DNA of 63,934 nt, counting the filler, from Salisapilia sapeloensis CBS 127946 (taxonomy: Eukaryota; Protista; Oomycota), in NCBI GenBank assembly GCA_023334545.1. It is 14 parts of 14 records of this genome, joined end to end, with 100 filler letters (N's around TTAATTAATTAA, not from the genome) between each part and the next. Parts side by side here need not be neighbours in the genome. Positions count along the whole stretch, not along the records: positions 39,496 to 58,404 come from JAADVB010000316.1; 13 more parts are not named here. The stretch is one strand, 5' to 3'. Every line of letters starts with the position of its first letter. Within the stretch, counting starts at the first letter, position 1. Position numbers and translations under genes: made by a program. This document shows positions 45,460 to 55,946 of this stretch, one piece after another. Below the pieces are notes generated by a model. That model worked only from the letters and a program-made list of their open reading frames with translations, was not told where the DNA came from and did no database searches.

Positions 45460-47328
45460 ATGTACGGCGCACGGGGATTCCGCGAGTGCCACGGCGACTA
45501 CCGCCAAGAGAGCGACATGGAGGACACCACTTTGCCTCTTTACCGATTCCAAAAGGACTTACCACGTCTCCCGGTGCCGAAACTCAGCGACACCATCACG
45601 CTGTACTTGCGATCCGTCAAGCCTCTAGTCACGCCCGAGCAGTTTGCTCACACGACTAGAGTCGCAAAAGAATTTTTAAACTCGCCTTTTGCCCAGACAC
45701 TCCAAAAGAGATTGCAAGGTCGAGCGGAAGAACGGAACGATAGCTCCTATTTGGCGGAATGGTGGAACCAAATGGGGTACTTGCAAGTGCGCGATCCTGT
45801 CGTGTTCAACGTGAGCTACTTTTTCCATTTTGCTGACCCGATCGACCCGCGTCAAAAGTCCCAAGTTGGTCGCGCGGCGTCGCTGACGAAAGCTGCGCTA
45901 ATCTTCCGAGAGCAAGTGGTCAATGGGACGTTGGAGCCTGAGCAGCTCGGCCGAAACAAAACGCCCATCTGCGCAACCGCGTACAAGTACATGTTCAACG
46001 CTTGCCGTATTCCGCAGAAGCAGCAAGACGCCTACCGCATCTACGATCCTGCTCGTAACAACCACATTGTCGTCATGCGCCACAACAAGTTCTTCAAAGT
46101 GGATGTCGTGAACGACAGACAAGAAGCGTTAACCTTTACCGAGCTGTGCCATCAATTCCAGCGGGTGATGGCTCAAGCAGGAGGAAAAGAGTCTGCTATT
46201 GGAGCGTTGTCTTCTGCGAATCGGGATCACTGGGCGGACTCGAGAGCCCAATTGCTGGCTCTCGGCAATGAAGAGAGCTTGCGAGTGGTTGAAAGCTCTA
46301 TCCTAATTGTCAATATGGATAGCGAGAGTCCTGTGACGAAGCAAGAGGCGGCAAGGGCGCTATGGCATGGCGATGGACGCAACCGCTTCTACGACAAGTG
46401 TGTCCAGCTCATCGTCTTTGGCAACGGCAAAGCTGGATTGCTTGGCGAGCACTCGATGCTGGATGGGATGCCCATGTCTCGCTTTGCAGACTTTGTCGTC
46501 ACCGGGCTGTACCGGAACCAGATTGAAATGGGCAAGCACGACTTTACGACGCAGGAGCTCAATCGGCTCAAGGCACCGACGCAGATTCCGTTCAACTTTA
46601 GCTCGCAAGTGCTGGAGCGTATCTGCGAGGCCGAGTACGTCTTTGATCGTACCGTGGCAGACCACGAAGTGGCTACGAGCAGCTACTATGGGTACGGTGC
46701 GAAGATGATGAAGCAGCTTAAGTGCTCTCCCGACGCTTTTGTTCAGCTGGCCATTCAACTCGCGTACCACAAGCTGTTCGGTATCCATGCAGCCACGTAT
46801 GAGGCGACGCAGACGAGAACATACCTTCACGGTCGTACGGAGACAACGCGTAGTTGCTCTCCAGAGTCCGCGGCTTTCACGTCTGCGATGGTGGCGGCCC
46901 AACCTCGAACGCAGCCGAAGGAACTAGCGCGGCACCTGAGGAAAGCGTTGGATGCACACGTGGCGTACATGCGTCAGGCATCGAAAGGTTGCGGCGTGGA
47001 TCGCCACTTGATGGGCCTGCAGCTATTGATCCAAGACGGAGAAGACGTTCCGGCGTTCTTTCAGGACGCTGCGATGAAGAAGGCCAAGTACTGGTTCATG
47101 TCGACGAGCCACTTGACGAACGAGCTGTTTGACGGATGGGGATGGGGCGAAGTGGTGCCGGACGGACTGGGCATTGCCTACAGCGTGAAGAACGACAGCG
47201 TCCAGTTCAACGTGGCGTGCAGGCAGCAGCGACGCGACTGGGCCAAGCAGATGGTGCACTACTTGGAAGAGAGTCTGCTGGAGATGAAGCAAGTGCTCCA
47301 GGCCGACGCGCAAGATAGCAAGCTGTAG
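45460..47328 (+). CDS. CRAT: Carnitine O-acetyltransferase (choline/carnitine acyltransferase family); start codon uncertain
   Basis: 'LPRLPVPKL', 'NRFYDK', catalytic 'GEHSMLDGMP', 'YEATQTRTYLHGRTET', 'GVDRHL' and 'STSHL'. Confidence 0.92.
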   Translation: MYGARGFRECHGDYRQESDMEDTTLPLYRFQKDLPRLPVPKLSDTITLYLRSVKPLVTPEQFAHTTRVAKEFLNSPFAQTLQKRLQGRAEERNDSSYLAEWWNQMGYLQVRDPVVFNVSYFFHFADPIDPRQKSQVGRAASLTKAALIFREQVVNGTLEPEQLGRNKTPICATAYKYMFNACRIPQKQQDAYRIYDPARNNHIVVMRHNKFFKVDVVNDRQEALTFTELCHQFQRVMAQAGGKESAIGALSSANRDHWADSRAQLLALGNEESLRVVESSILIVNMDSESPVTKQEAARALWHGDGRNRFYDKCVQLIVFGNGKAGLLGEHSMLDGMPMSRFADFVVTGLYRNQIEMGKHDFTTQELNRLKAPTQIPFNFSSQVLERICEAEYVFDRTVADHEVATSSYYGYGAKMMKQLKCSPDAFVQLAIQLAYHKLFGIHAATYEATQTRTYLHGRTETTRSCSPESAAFTSAMVAAQPRTQPKELARHLRKALDAHVAYMRQASKGCGVDRHLMGLQLLIQDGEDVPAFFQDAAMKKAKYWFMSTSHLTNELFDGWGWGEVVPDGLGIAYSVKNDSVQFNVACRQQRRDWAKQMVHYLEESLLEMKQVLQADAQDSKL

Positions 47329-47455
47329 ACGCCTCGTTCAAATGTCATTGAATTGTCACCTACGTTTGAAGTTCCCACAGTCGTTCACATCCTTTTGTCA
47401 TTTGTAAGAACAGATTGTTTAGTCAGTTGAGTACGTTCTCAGCTTTAAGCACGAG

Positions 47456-48673
47456 ATGGAGGCCGTCGCCGTCCTCGGATCCGTCGATGTCGTCGTCAGA
47501 TACGCGCCAGAGTACGCTGGGCAAGTGGATGATGCCACGGGGAAAAGAGTCCTTGCGGTCTTGCGGTCTTCCTCGAACAATTGGCAGTCGCTGCGTGGCG
47601 TTCGGTCCGAAGGTGGGGACCTCGTCGTGAGTGGCTTGGAAGGGAGCAGAATCGAGGTCTTGCTCCCCGATCGGAAAGCTATCCATACCATCCGATCTCT
47701 GTCCAGTGGCTCGATGACGGTGCTCCCGAACGTCATGTCGGCGACGGGGTCGAGGGAAGCCAAGAAGAGCAGGGTGGATCACACGGGAGAGGGCGATTTA
47801 TTCGTGGATTATGGAAGCAACGTAGAGCTGGACCTTTGGGAGATCACGAATCAAAGCCCTGGCAAGCTACAAGTAGCTGTGGACGACTTTCGCGTGAAGA
47901 AGCTCATGCTACAGACGGGAGGCTCAGGACATACGCAGATGATACCGTCCTATGTGTCGACTGCGAACAGTGCCGATCTCTTCTTCATCGATCATGAGGG
48001 AGCTGGGAGTACTTGTGTCGACACGCCAAACGTACATGCAGCTCAGTTGACGATGGGGACCTTTGCATCTGGAGGTGCAGTCTTTGCCTCTACTGGTCGA
48101 TGTGTCAAAGGCTTTTTCGCAACTGCCGGCAGTGGTAACCTAGATGTCCACAACGTCCAGTGTCAAGATGCGACAATCAACACGTTGGGCAGTGGAGATG
48201 CCGTTGTGCATGTTACAGACCACTTGAACGGGTCGAGTGTCGGGAGTGGAAAAGTGACGTACGTAGGAGACAGACCAAAGGTCATGGGAAGCAAGTACGG
48301 GTATACATTGTCCGGGCCTTTGGCCGAACCAGCGGCACATGCGCTCGACGCAATCGACTGCACGCCGTTCCCATTGCCCAGCTTGCAGTATGAAGATGCA
48401 GTTGGCGGCTTGTACGGGGTGGTGGAAGGAGTGGAGAACCTAGTGCTGCTGAACTTGAGTCCCCGACGGCCGAGTGATCCGACAGTCATTGACAGCAAAG
48501 AGAAAGACCAGGTTCAGTCGGCATTTCACATGGGGCTCTGGGTGCCGATATATGCCTTTGCGTTGGGACTCTTCCTCCTGCGGCTTAATCGGCGCTTACA
48601 CCAAAGGCGCGTACCAGAAGTAGTGCTGGTAGATGCGGAAGCATCATACGGATCAGTGGATTGGAAGAACTAG
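47456..48673 (+). CDS. GIN-domain (DUF2807, auto-transporter adhesin head-like) protein with C-terminal TM helix
   Basis: Repeated 'GSG' beta-helix-type units ('GSGNLDV', 'GSGDAVVHVTDHLNGSSVGSGKVTYVG'); hydrophobic 'LWVPIYAFALGLFLLRL'. Confidence 0.72.
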   Translation: MEAVAVLGSVDVVVRYAPEYAGQVDDATGKRVLAVLRSSSNNWQSLRGVRSEGGDLVVSGLEGSRIEVLLPDRKAIHTIRSLSSGSMTVLPNVMSATGSREAKKSRVDHTGEGDLFVDYGSNVELDLWEITNQSPGKLQVAVDDFRVKKLMLQTGGSGHTQMIPSYVSTANSADLFFIDHEGAGSTCVDTPNVHAAQLTMGTFASGGAVFASTGRCVKGFFATAGSGNLDVHNVQCQDATINTLGSGDAVVHVTDHLNGSSVGSGKVTYVGDRPKVMGSKYGYTLSGPLAEPAAHALDAIDCTPFPLPSLQYEDAVGGLYGVVEGVENLVLLNLSPRRPSDPTVIDSKEKDQVQSAFHMGLWVPIYAFALGLFLLRLNRRLHQRRVPEVVLVDAEASYGSVDWKN

Positions 48674-48703
48674 TGTGTATATCAAAATGGAATTGCTCTA
48701 TGT

Positions 48704-49561
48704 CTATTCATCTTTCGTGGCCAGGTCGTTCAGATCGAACGTCCGACCTCTTCGCTTAACGACACTGGGTGGCTGAAGAGGTAGGAACCAGTACATGATT
48801 TCACTGTACGCCCCAAATACTTGCTGAAAGTTCTGTAGGATGCCGACGTGGTAGTAGTTGATGTACCCTGGCTCTCGTCGTTTCTCCATGTACTCGAGCG
48901 TTGTCGTGTTTTGGATGGTAAAGTAGAGGTGCATCAGGAAGAAGACGAGCAGAGCGAATCCGACGGAGACACTGCAGAAGAAGAATAGGACGATTTGAGT
49001 TGGGGAAGATGTCAAATGGAGGCGACCCATCGAGTAGAGTGTGACCATGTGCTGGATCTCATTTCCCAGCAGGGGGTACACGAGGTAGCCGAGGTACAGG
49101 CAGGCGATGGCGCTCCATGACAGGAACTGGAGGAAGAACTTGTAGTTGTAAAAGCCGATGCACTTGTTCAAGTAGACGCAATGATGGTCCATCTTGAGTA
49201 GACATCGATCGCATGTGCTGCAGTGATGCGTTCGATCGGGCTTGTAAGCTCTGCACTTGCGGCAGTACCGCCGACTGCCGTCCCACTTGAGCTCAATGGA
49301 AGCATTTTCTTCCGTCGTAGCTTTACTTTTCTTGGGCAGGAAGGAATCTCGAGAACGGAGGCATTGATACAGACTCCAGAAGAGCATGAGGACGGTCGTG
49401 TGGAACAACAGGAGCGCATATGGAGACGTGTGAAGGTGTCGCAGCTTTGGCTGTGCAACAAGCGTGAATGAAGTGTAGAGCCACAGCGTGAATGCAATGA
49501 TCACGAGCAGCGGCACGACCTGCAGGTAGGGAGGCAGCGAGCATGAGCACGCCTCGCACAT
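48704..49561 (-). CDS. DHHC palmitoyltransferase
   Basis: Cys-rich domain 'RYCRKC..KPDRTHHCSTCDRCLLKMDHHC' and 'NTTTLE'. Confidence 0.95.
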   Translation of the reverse strand: MCEACSCSLPPYLQVVPLLVIIAFTLWLYTSFTLVAQPKLRHLHTSPYALLLFHTTVLMLFWSLYQCLRSRDSFLPKKSKATTEENASIELKWDGSRRYCRKCRAYKPDRTHHCSTCDRCLLKMDHHCVYLNKCIGFYNYKFFLQFLSWSAIACLYLGYLVYPLLGNEIQHMVTLYSMGRLHLTSSPTQIVLFFFCSVSVGFALLVFFLMHLYFTIQNTTTLEYMEKRREPGYINYYHVGILQNFQQVFGAYSEIMYWFLPLQPPSVVKRRGRTFDLNDLATKDE

Positions 49562-49663
49562 GATCGAGAGGTCCAGATTATATAGTGCATGCGATCGCGA
49601 GAGTGGATACTAAAATACAACTGTCTTATAGAGACAACGGAGGGCTTGACATTGAAAAGCGCA

Positions 49664-51553
49664 ATGGATCAGGACGCCAAGCTCTTCCACGGTACCTCCT
49701 CTATTAGTAGACCACGAGCAGCACGATGCTGAATATTAATGTCTATGTTGATGTGGTACTAGACCAAGTCCACGGGTACATCCAACTGAACGGCCTTTGC
49801 GTCTCATTGGTGGACACGCCCCAATTCCAGCGTCTACGAAACGTCCAGCAACTAGGGACGCTCTACCATGTTTTCCCAGGAGGGGCCCACAAACGATTCG
49901 AGCACAGTCTTGGCGTCGGGTACCTCGCCGGCCAGACGGTCGAGCGGTTCCGAGCGAGTCAGCCTGAGCTAGATCTGACGGAGCGAGATGTTCGCTTAGT
50001 GGTATGTGACGACATGCTTATCGAAGTGTGTTTATCGTTTGGAAGTAACGAGTGGTGGTGATAGAGTGCTGCTGGACTGCTGCATGACCTCGGCCATGGT
50101 CCGTTCTCGCACATGTTCGAGACACTATTTATGCCCCAGACCGAGTTTGGACACGACTATCACCACGAGATCATGTCGTCCAAGATGGTGGACTACCTGA
50201 TTGACGACAACCACATCGACCTGGAGAAGGACGACGTTCGATTCGTGCAGCAGTTGATCACCGGAGCGAAAGAAAGTCACTTAGAGCGAGTGGACGGTCG
50301 CGGGTTCTTGTACGAGATCGTGGCGAATGGCCGCAACGGAATAGATGTGGACAAGTTTGATTACTTGGCGCGCGATATGGCAAATTTATTTGGCGAGCGG
50401 AAGAAGTTTGACTTTTCTCGCCTCTGGCATTTTAACCGAGTGATCGATGACCAGGTACGACGCAGGTAGGAGAAAGCATCACAGGTGCGTGTTTGACGGT
50501 TGAATGGTAGATTTGCTACCACACGTCCGTTACGTTGGATGTGTACGACTTGTTCCAGCAGCGATACACTATGCACAAGCAGGTAGAAGGCATTATCGTA
50601 TGTGTACAAGTGCTGCAGCTGACACTGGAAGTAGATCTATAACCACCGCAAAGGGAAAGCGGTAGAGTTCATGGTGTGTGACGCCATGCTCCTAGCAGGT
50701 GCCTATTTCCTTTCCTCTTTATGCTCTTGTTATATCTTGACATTCGTGTTGCAACAGACAAGGAGCTAGGGATCTCGAAGGCGACGCAGTCTCCAGCAGA
50801 TTTTCTCCACTTGAACGACTGCGTGCTTCATGTAGTCCTCTACCCTTCTAGTCGTCTTGGTCAAGTGCTTACGCTGTCATGTATTAGACGATCCAAAGCT
50901 CCAAGAGTGATGCGCTTGCTCCTGCTCGCGAGATTCTGGACAATCTGAATCGCCGGAAGCTGTACAAGTTCATTGACGAATACTTGCTCCCTGCGGAGCT
51001 GACGGACCGGGTCCCAAAGGCATAAGTGTTGTATTCGAAAGATAGTGGAGTACAAGATCTAAGTCTCAAACGTAGGTGACGAGCGAAGAGGTGGCTTGCA
51101 ACAACGTGACGGAAGGTGTCGAGCTTCGGTCGGAAAACATCATCGTGTCAGACACGAAGCTCAACTACAACAAGAAGGAGAAGAATCCGGTGGATCATGT
51201 CAGCTTCTACAGTTCGAACGACCTGTCTAGTACGTTCCACATCCCGAAGGAGCAAGTCAGTCTGCTATTCCCTGAAAAGGTATCTATCGCTTCGTACGCA
51301 GCCGCCCTACTGCCCTCTAACCCGATGGATGCAGTTTGAAGAGCGCGTCATCCGAGTCTACAGTAGGTCGTCGGACACTCAAGTCCAGACGGCGATCCTC
51401 AAGGCCTTCCGAGCCCACCTCGGGACGTTCACCCCCAAACTCCCGCCTCCATCTCCTTCGTCCAAGGTCGTCCAAGACCCGAATAGCAACGGAAAGAGAA
51501 CGACTGCTCCGCTGCTGCTTCCTGTTCCGACAACGAAGAAACTGAAACAATAG
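49664..51553 (+). CDS. HD-domain dNTP triphosphohydrolase, SAMHD1-like (no SAM domain), multi-exon
   Basis: 'RFEHSLGV', 'GLLHDLGHGPFSH', 'IDVDKFDYLARD' and 'NHRKGKAVEFM'; first exon 'MDQDAKLFH' spliced to 'DQVHGYI'. Confidence 0.88.
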
Positions 51554-51638
51554 GAGAGGTTACGAGAAAAAGATTGTCATTGGTTTTCCATCTAAGTGTA
51601 TGTGCATTAGCAACCTTCGTAGAAGCTGAATCAAGAGA

Positions 51639-54600
51639 TTATCTCTTCTGGTGGTTGATGTAGCGAAGGCAGATAAGCGCCAGGATGCGGAAGCCGACGA
51701 TGTACGCCACGAGGATACCAAAGTCCAGTGGAATTTGGGAGTGGTCCGTCCCGTACTTATCTTCGACAAATTGCTTGACGGTCTTCTCGATAGGGCCGGG
51801 TTCGTTAGGGTCGGGTGGCAGGCTGATGACGGTGCAGCCGAGGCCACTGCCTCCAGTCGACGGGTCGTACTCCTTTGTGCCAGGCAGGTACACTGGCGGG
51901 TCGTCACAGTTGCCAAAGACGACCGAAACGCACGCCGAGAGAGCGTATCGGTGCGGAGCGATCGTGTAGATCCACTTGTATCCAGCAGGAATGGCATCGG
52001 CAGGCGGGTTGAAGCCCATGAAGAGGATGAAGAGGATATTGAGAACGACACCGACCAAGTGCGCCACTTCTTCCGTCGGGAAGGCGTACGCGAGGAACTG
52101 GCCCATGTACGTCTGCAAGAGCACGAGCGTCGAGAGGGCGAGCCAGAAGATGACACCGTTCGTGAAGCCAACGAAGCCGACCATTGGGAAGAAGATGACG
52201 GTGAAGAGGAGCATACTGATGTACGTGTACGGGATCTCGGCGACGGTAGTGCCGATAAAGTACCACAGAGCGTTGTACGTCTGGGCTGATCGCTCACGGT
52301 AGAAAACGGCGCGTTCCTCGCACGAGATGGACAGAATATTGTTGAAGGCGATCATGCTGTTGAAGAGGACGGCCGTGAAGATGACACCGACACCGGCGAC
52401 GATGCCTTGGTACGAGTCGTAGTCGTTCGTCAAGAAGAGCAGGCCGAAGAGCAACGCTAGCACAAGCGCGACGATGACTCGAGTCAAGTTGTACGTCGGC
52501 GTGCGCCAGTACTGATCCATAAAGCGTTTCACGAGCATCGAGGCTTGGACGCCCGACTTGGAAGCGCGCTTCCGTTCGAAACTGACCTCGGCCATGTCCG
52601 GAGATGGGTGGAGCACTCCGTCCTTCTCCATGCTGCTGTCCATCGTCCGGCGCAATTCGCTCTTGTTAAAGGCCGATTCGAAGTCCACTTCGTCGGCAAT
52701 GTTGTTGTCGACACCTGCGCCGATGCACTCGAGCATCCAGTTGGCTGGGTTGTATCCCTTAGTCATGGGCTGCGTGTGGTCCATGGCCTCAAAGTAGTTG
52801 ATCAGAGTGCTGCAGTTGTCGCCGAGGTCGCCAAAGTAGACCATGCGACCTCCCTTCTGGAGCAAAAGGAGCTTGTCGAAGAGCAAGAAGACTTCACTTG
52901 ATGGCTGGTGGATCGTACAGACGATCGTACGGCCAGAGTTGGCGACGTTGCGCACTCCGTCCATGATGACCTTGGCCGAGTGGGCGTCGAGACCACTCGT
53001 CGGTTCGTCCAGGAACAAGATACTCGGCTGAGCAGCGAGCTCCACTCCGATCGTCAGTCGCTTCATCTGCTCCGTCGAGCCACCTCGTACGATTTGGTCA
53101 GCGATGTCGTGCATGTCCAACAGGTCGAGACATTCGTTGACGGAATCGTACTTGACGCTGTCCGGTACGTCTGCTGATTGACGGAGGAAGGCACTGAAAG
53201 TGAGTGCCTCTCGGAACGTCGTCGAGTCTGCGTGGATGTCCATTTGCTCACAGTATCCAGTCGCACGCTGGATGGCAAGCGCACTGGCAGGATGACCATT
53301 GAGGAGAATGTCTCCACCGATCTTGCCTCCAGTCTTACGGCCGGCGATCACGTCCATGAGCGTCGTCTTACCAGCTCCGGTTGATCCCATGAGGGCTGTC
53401 ATAGTACCAGGCAAAGCGTATCCGGTGATGCCCTTGAGAAGGTCGAGAGGAGTGCTCTTTTCACCACGCTTCTTGCCGGGCACTTGGACGGTGTACCAGA
53501 GGTCCTTAAACGCAAGGTTGACGGGCGTAAAGTTGAGCTCTTCGTTGTTCACTTCCACGACGGCGTCCGCAGGGTTCACGCCCTTGCTGCCAGAAGCGGC
53601 GGGCGTCGCGAGCTCAGCGTACTCTTCGCCCGCACGGTTGTGCTTGGCGGCCTGCTCGCGCTTCTCTTCTTCCGTGAATGAAACATTCTCCGGCGCCTCG
53701 TAGCGCTTATACTCGAGGAAGTAGGATGAGAGTACCATGAAGAAGACGTAGATGACGAGCAGGAAGATGATGCCGTAGACGACCCACATCTGGTCCGACG
53801 GAACTTCGAAATTGTCGAGTAGATACTTGCTTGCCGAGTTTCCGTGTTTGCAAAAGTTAATGTCGATTCCTTCAATGTGGCACCTGTCCGCGTAGCGACT
53901 AGCATGGTACTCGTTGACAGCGAGCGCACGGATGGACCAGGAAATGGGGGACAGCCAGTAGATCCAGATGAAGTAGTCCGGGATCTGTCCCTTTGGCACG
54001 ATGAATCCAGCAAAGATAACGAAGATGTTGATGGACATCATGGCCATGGGCATGGCAACGTTGTTGTTCGGAGACGCGGCGACGAGGAAGAAGAACCAAG
54101 CACAGAGAGCCAAGTTGGTGCAGAAGAGGACGATCAGGTAGATGATGAACGTCTCGACTTCCGGATTAAGTCCACACATCCAGTAGATGAGTGATCCGAA
54201 CGACAGGGCGTCAAAGACAGCCATCGGGAACTGACTGATGGACGTTCCTAGCACGTACGAGACGGTCCGGTAGAAGTGGGCTCCACGTTGCTTGTAGAAC
54301 ACACCACGCGCCTTCATGTACGTCGGGATCTGCGAAGCCATACCGAGCGAAACGAAGAGGACGGCCTGGAAGATGACGCCCATCATCACTTGTGTGTCGA
54401 TCGGCGTGACTTGGTAGAACGTAGACGAGAGCAAGAGTCCCATGACGACAATCATCATCCCGTGTCCTCGGACAAAGGCCTTGTTTCGAGACAGCAGCAG
54501 CAGCTCTCGCTTCACCACCTTCCACGTAGAAGGCCAGAAGGGCTCCCAGTACCGAGGGATGTAGGACATGTAGTCGTCAAAGTCTTCCTTGCGCTCGCTG

Positions 54601-55898
54601 CTCACTTCCATGTCCAGGTTCTCCTCTATCTTATGGTAGTACTTGGACTCGTGGAAGCGGTCGGCGAACTCTCGACCAGACTGCGGAGGAGAGACGGGTC
54701 CGTCCTGCACTTCGTAGTACTTTTGCTGGTTCGTGTTGAGGTCCATGAGAAAGTCCGCAGCGTCTCGGTCTTCCGGGCAGTGGAAGCCGATCGTGCTAAA
54801 GTACGGGACAGCTTCTTCGCGAGGACCAAAGTACATGACGCGGCCTTCGGAGAAGATCATGACGTCGTCGAAGAGGTCGAAGACTTCCGGTGTCGGCTGG
54901 AGAAGCGAGATGACCACGGTCTTCTTGAGACGACGAGCGATCGTCCGCTGCGTCTTGACGATGTCGTAGGCAGCGGCACTGTCGAGACCAGTGGTGATCT
55001 CGTCCATGAGCGAAACGTTCTTGAGGCCGAACTGCATCTCGCCCGTCGTCACTCGCTTCTTCTCTCCGCCAGACACTCCTCTCGTCATCTCATCTCCGAC
55101 GATCGTGTCCTGACAGTTCTTCAGCCCAAGCTGTCGAATCGCGACATCCGGATGGTTCTCATGCATGGCGTTGGCGACAGCAATCGCCTTCTCGTTCTCC
55201 TCCGGCGAGCCTTTGGAAAACGCATTGGCTGCACTGGTCGTAACGTCGTGGCCGACACACTGGTGGGCAAACTGGAGTGTTTCCTTGACGGTCATCGTCG
55301 GATGCAAGTAGTTCTTTTGCGTCACGTACGCCGAGTACTGCGGAAGACGGTCCTTGATTTCATCGTACGACTTGCCGTTGTACGAGATTTCGCCATCCAA
55401 CGAAATATTCTTCTCCATCGGGAAGCGCCCGCCGAGCACCTTCATGAGCGCCGACTTACCTGATCCTGGCTGGCCCATCACGAGTGTAATGGTGCCTGGC
55501 TTGAAGGCACCGCTTACATCCTGCAAGATGTGCTTCTGGACAGTAGTCTTACCACGCAGACACAACATGCCAGCGACACTCTTGGAGAACTCGTTCCAGA
55601 GCGTCGGGAGCTCCGGCTTGTCGTTGTTCTCACTCGCGAGCTGGATATCAGCCGTGAGCGAAAGGTGGTGGAAACGGATCTCGGTCTGCGGAATCTCGCG
55701 ACCGATCGACGTTTCGACTGTGTCGGCTAAGTGTTCATGGAGCGCGTCGGGGCCTTGGGCCATGAGGCCGTCGGCGGAGTCGTACGTGATTTGGTTCGAC
55801 TGCGGTTTCTCGCTGTCGTGAGTGTCCGGTCCAGCCGGGTAGGCCGTGCCGCCACCGTTGACCTCTCGACCATCGTTGGTCTCTGCTTCCGCCGGCAT
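51639..55898 (-). CDS. Full-size ABCG (PDR-type) ABC transporter, intronless
   Basis: NBD-TMD-NBD-TMD order; 'GQPGSGKS', 'VSGGEKKRV', 'MDEITTGLDS', 'GSTGAGKTT' and 'LDEPTSGLD'. ATG chosen downstream of the Inr+FPR. Confidence 0.96.
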   Translation of the reverse strand: MPAEAETNDGREVNGGGTAYPAGPDTHDSEKPQSNQITYDSADGLMAQGPDALHEHLADTVETSIGREIPQTEIRFHHLSLTADIQLASENNDKPELPTLWNEFSKSVAGMLCLRGKTTVQKHILQDVSGAFKPGTITLVMGQPGSGKSALMKVLGGRFPMEKNISLDGEISYNGKSYDEIKDRLPQYSAYVTQKNYLHPTMTVKETLQFAHQCVGHDVTTSAANAFSKGSPEENEKAIAVANAMHENHPDVAIRQLGLKNCQDTIVGDEMTRGVSGGEKKRVTTGEMQFGLKNVSLMDEITTGLDSAAAYDIVKTQRTIARRLKKTVVISLLQPTPEVFDLFDDVMIFSEGRVMYFGPREEAVPYFSTIGFHCPEDRDAADFLMDLNTNQQKYYEVQDGPVSPPQSGREFADRFHESKYYHKIEENLDMEVSSERKEDFDDYMSYIPRYWEPFWPSTWKVVKRELLLLSRNKAFVRGHGMMIVVMGLLLSSTFYQVTPIDTQVMMGVIFQAVLFVSLGMASQIPTYMKARGVFYKQRGAHFYRTVSYVLGTSISQFPMAVFDALSFGSLIYWMCGLNPEVETFIIYLIVLFCTNLALCAWFFFLVAASPNNNVAMPMAMMSINIFVIFAGFIVPKGQIPDYFIWIYWLSPISWSIRALAVNEYHASRYADRCHIEGIDINFCKHGNSASKYLLDNFEVPSDQMWVVYGIIFLLVIYVFFMVLSSYFLEYKRYEAPENVSFTEEEKREQAAKHNRAGEEYAELATPAASGSKGVNPADAVVEVNNEELNFTPVNLAFKDLWYTVQVPGKKRGEKSTPLDLLKGITGYALPGTMTALMGSTGAGKTTLMDVIAGRKTGGKIGGDILLNGHPASALAIQRATGYCEQMDIHADSTTFREALTFSAFLRQSADVPDSVKYDSVNECLDLLDMHDIADQIVRGGSTEQMKRLTIGVELAAQPSILFLDEPTSGLDAHSAKVIMDGVRNVANSGRTIVCTIHQPSSEVFLLFDKLLLLQKGGRMVYFGDLGDNCSTLINYFEAMDHTQPMTKGYNPANWMLECIGAGVDNNIADEVDFESAFNKSELRRTMDSSMEKDGVLHPSPDMAEVSFERKRASKSGVQASMLVKRFMDQYWRTPTYNLTRVIVALVLALLFGLLFLTNDYDSYQGIVAGVGVIFTAVLFNSMIAFNNILSISCEERAVFYRERSAQTYNALWYFIGTTVAEIPYTYISMLLFTVIFFPMVGFVGFTNGVIFWLALSTLVLLQTYMGQFLAYAFPTEEVAHLVGVVLNILFILFMGFNPPADAIPAGYKWIYTIAPHRYALSACVSVVFGNCDDPPVYLPGTKEYDPSTGGSGLGCTVISLPPDPNEPGPIEKTVKQFVEDKYGTDHSQIPLDFGILVAYIVGFRILALICLRYINHQKR

Positions 55899-55930
55899 TT
55901 GCGAACGAAGAGTGTTTTCGGTCGTTGGCT

Positions 55931-55946
55931 GCGAATGCAAGAATGG
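55931..55946 (-). promoter_or_regulatory. Inr+FPR core promoter of the ABCG gene
   Basis: Minus strand reads CCATTCTTGCATTCGC, 33 nt upstream of the ATG at 55898. Confidence 0.62.
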
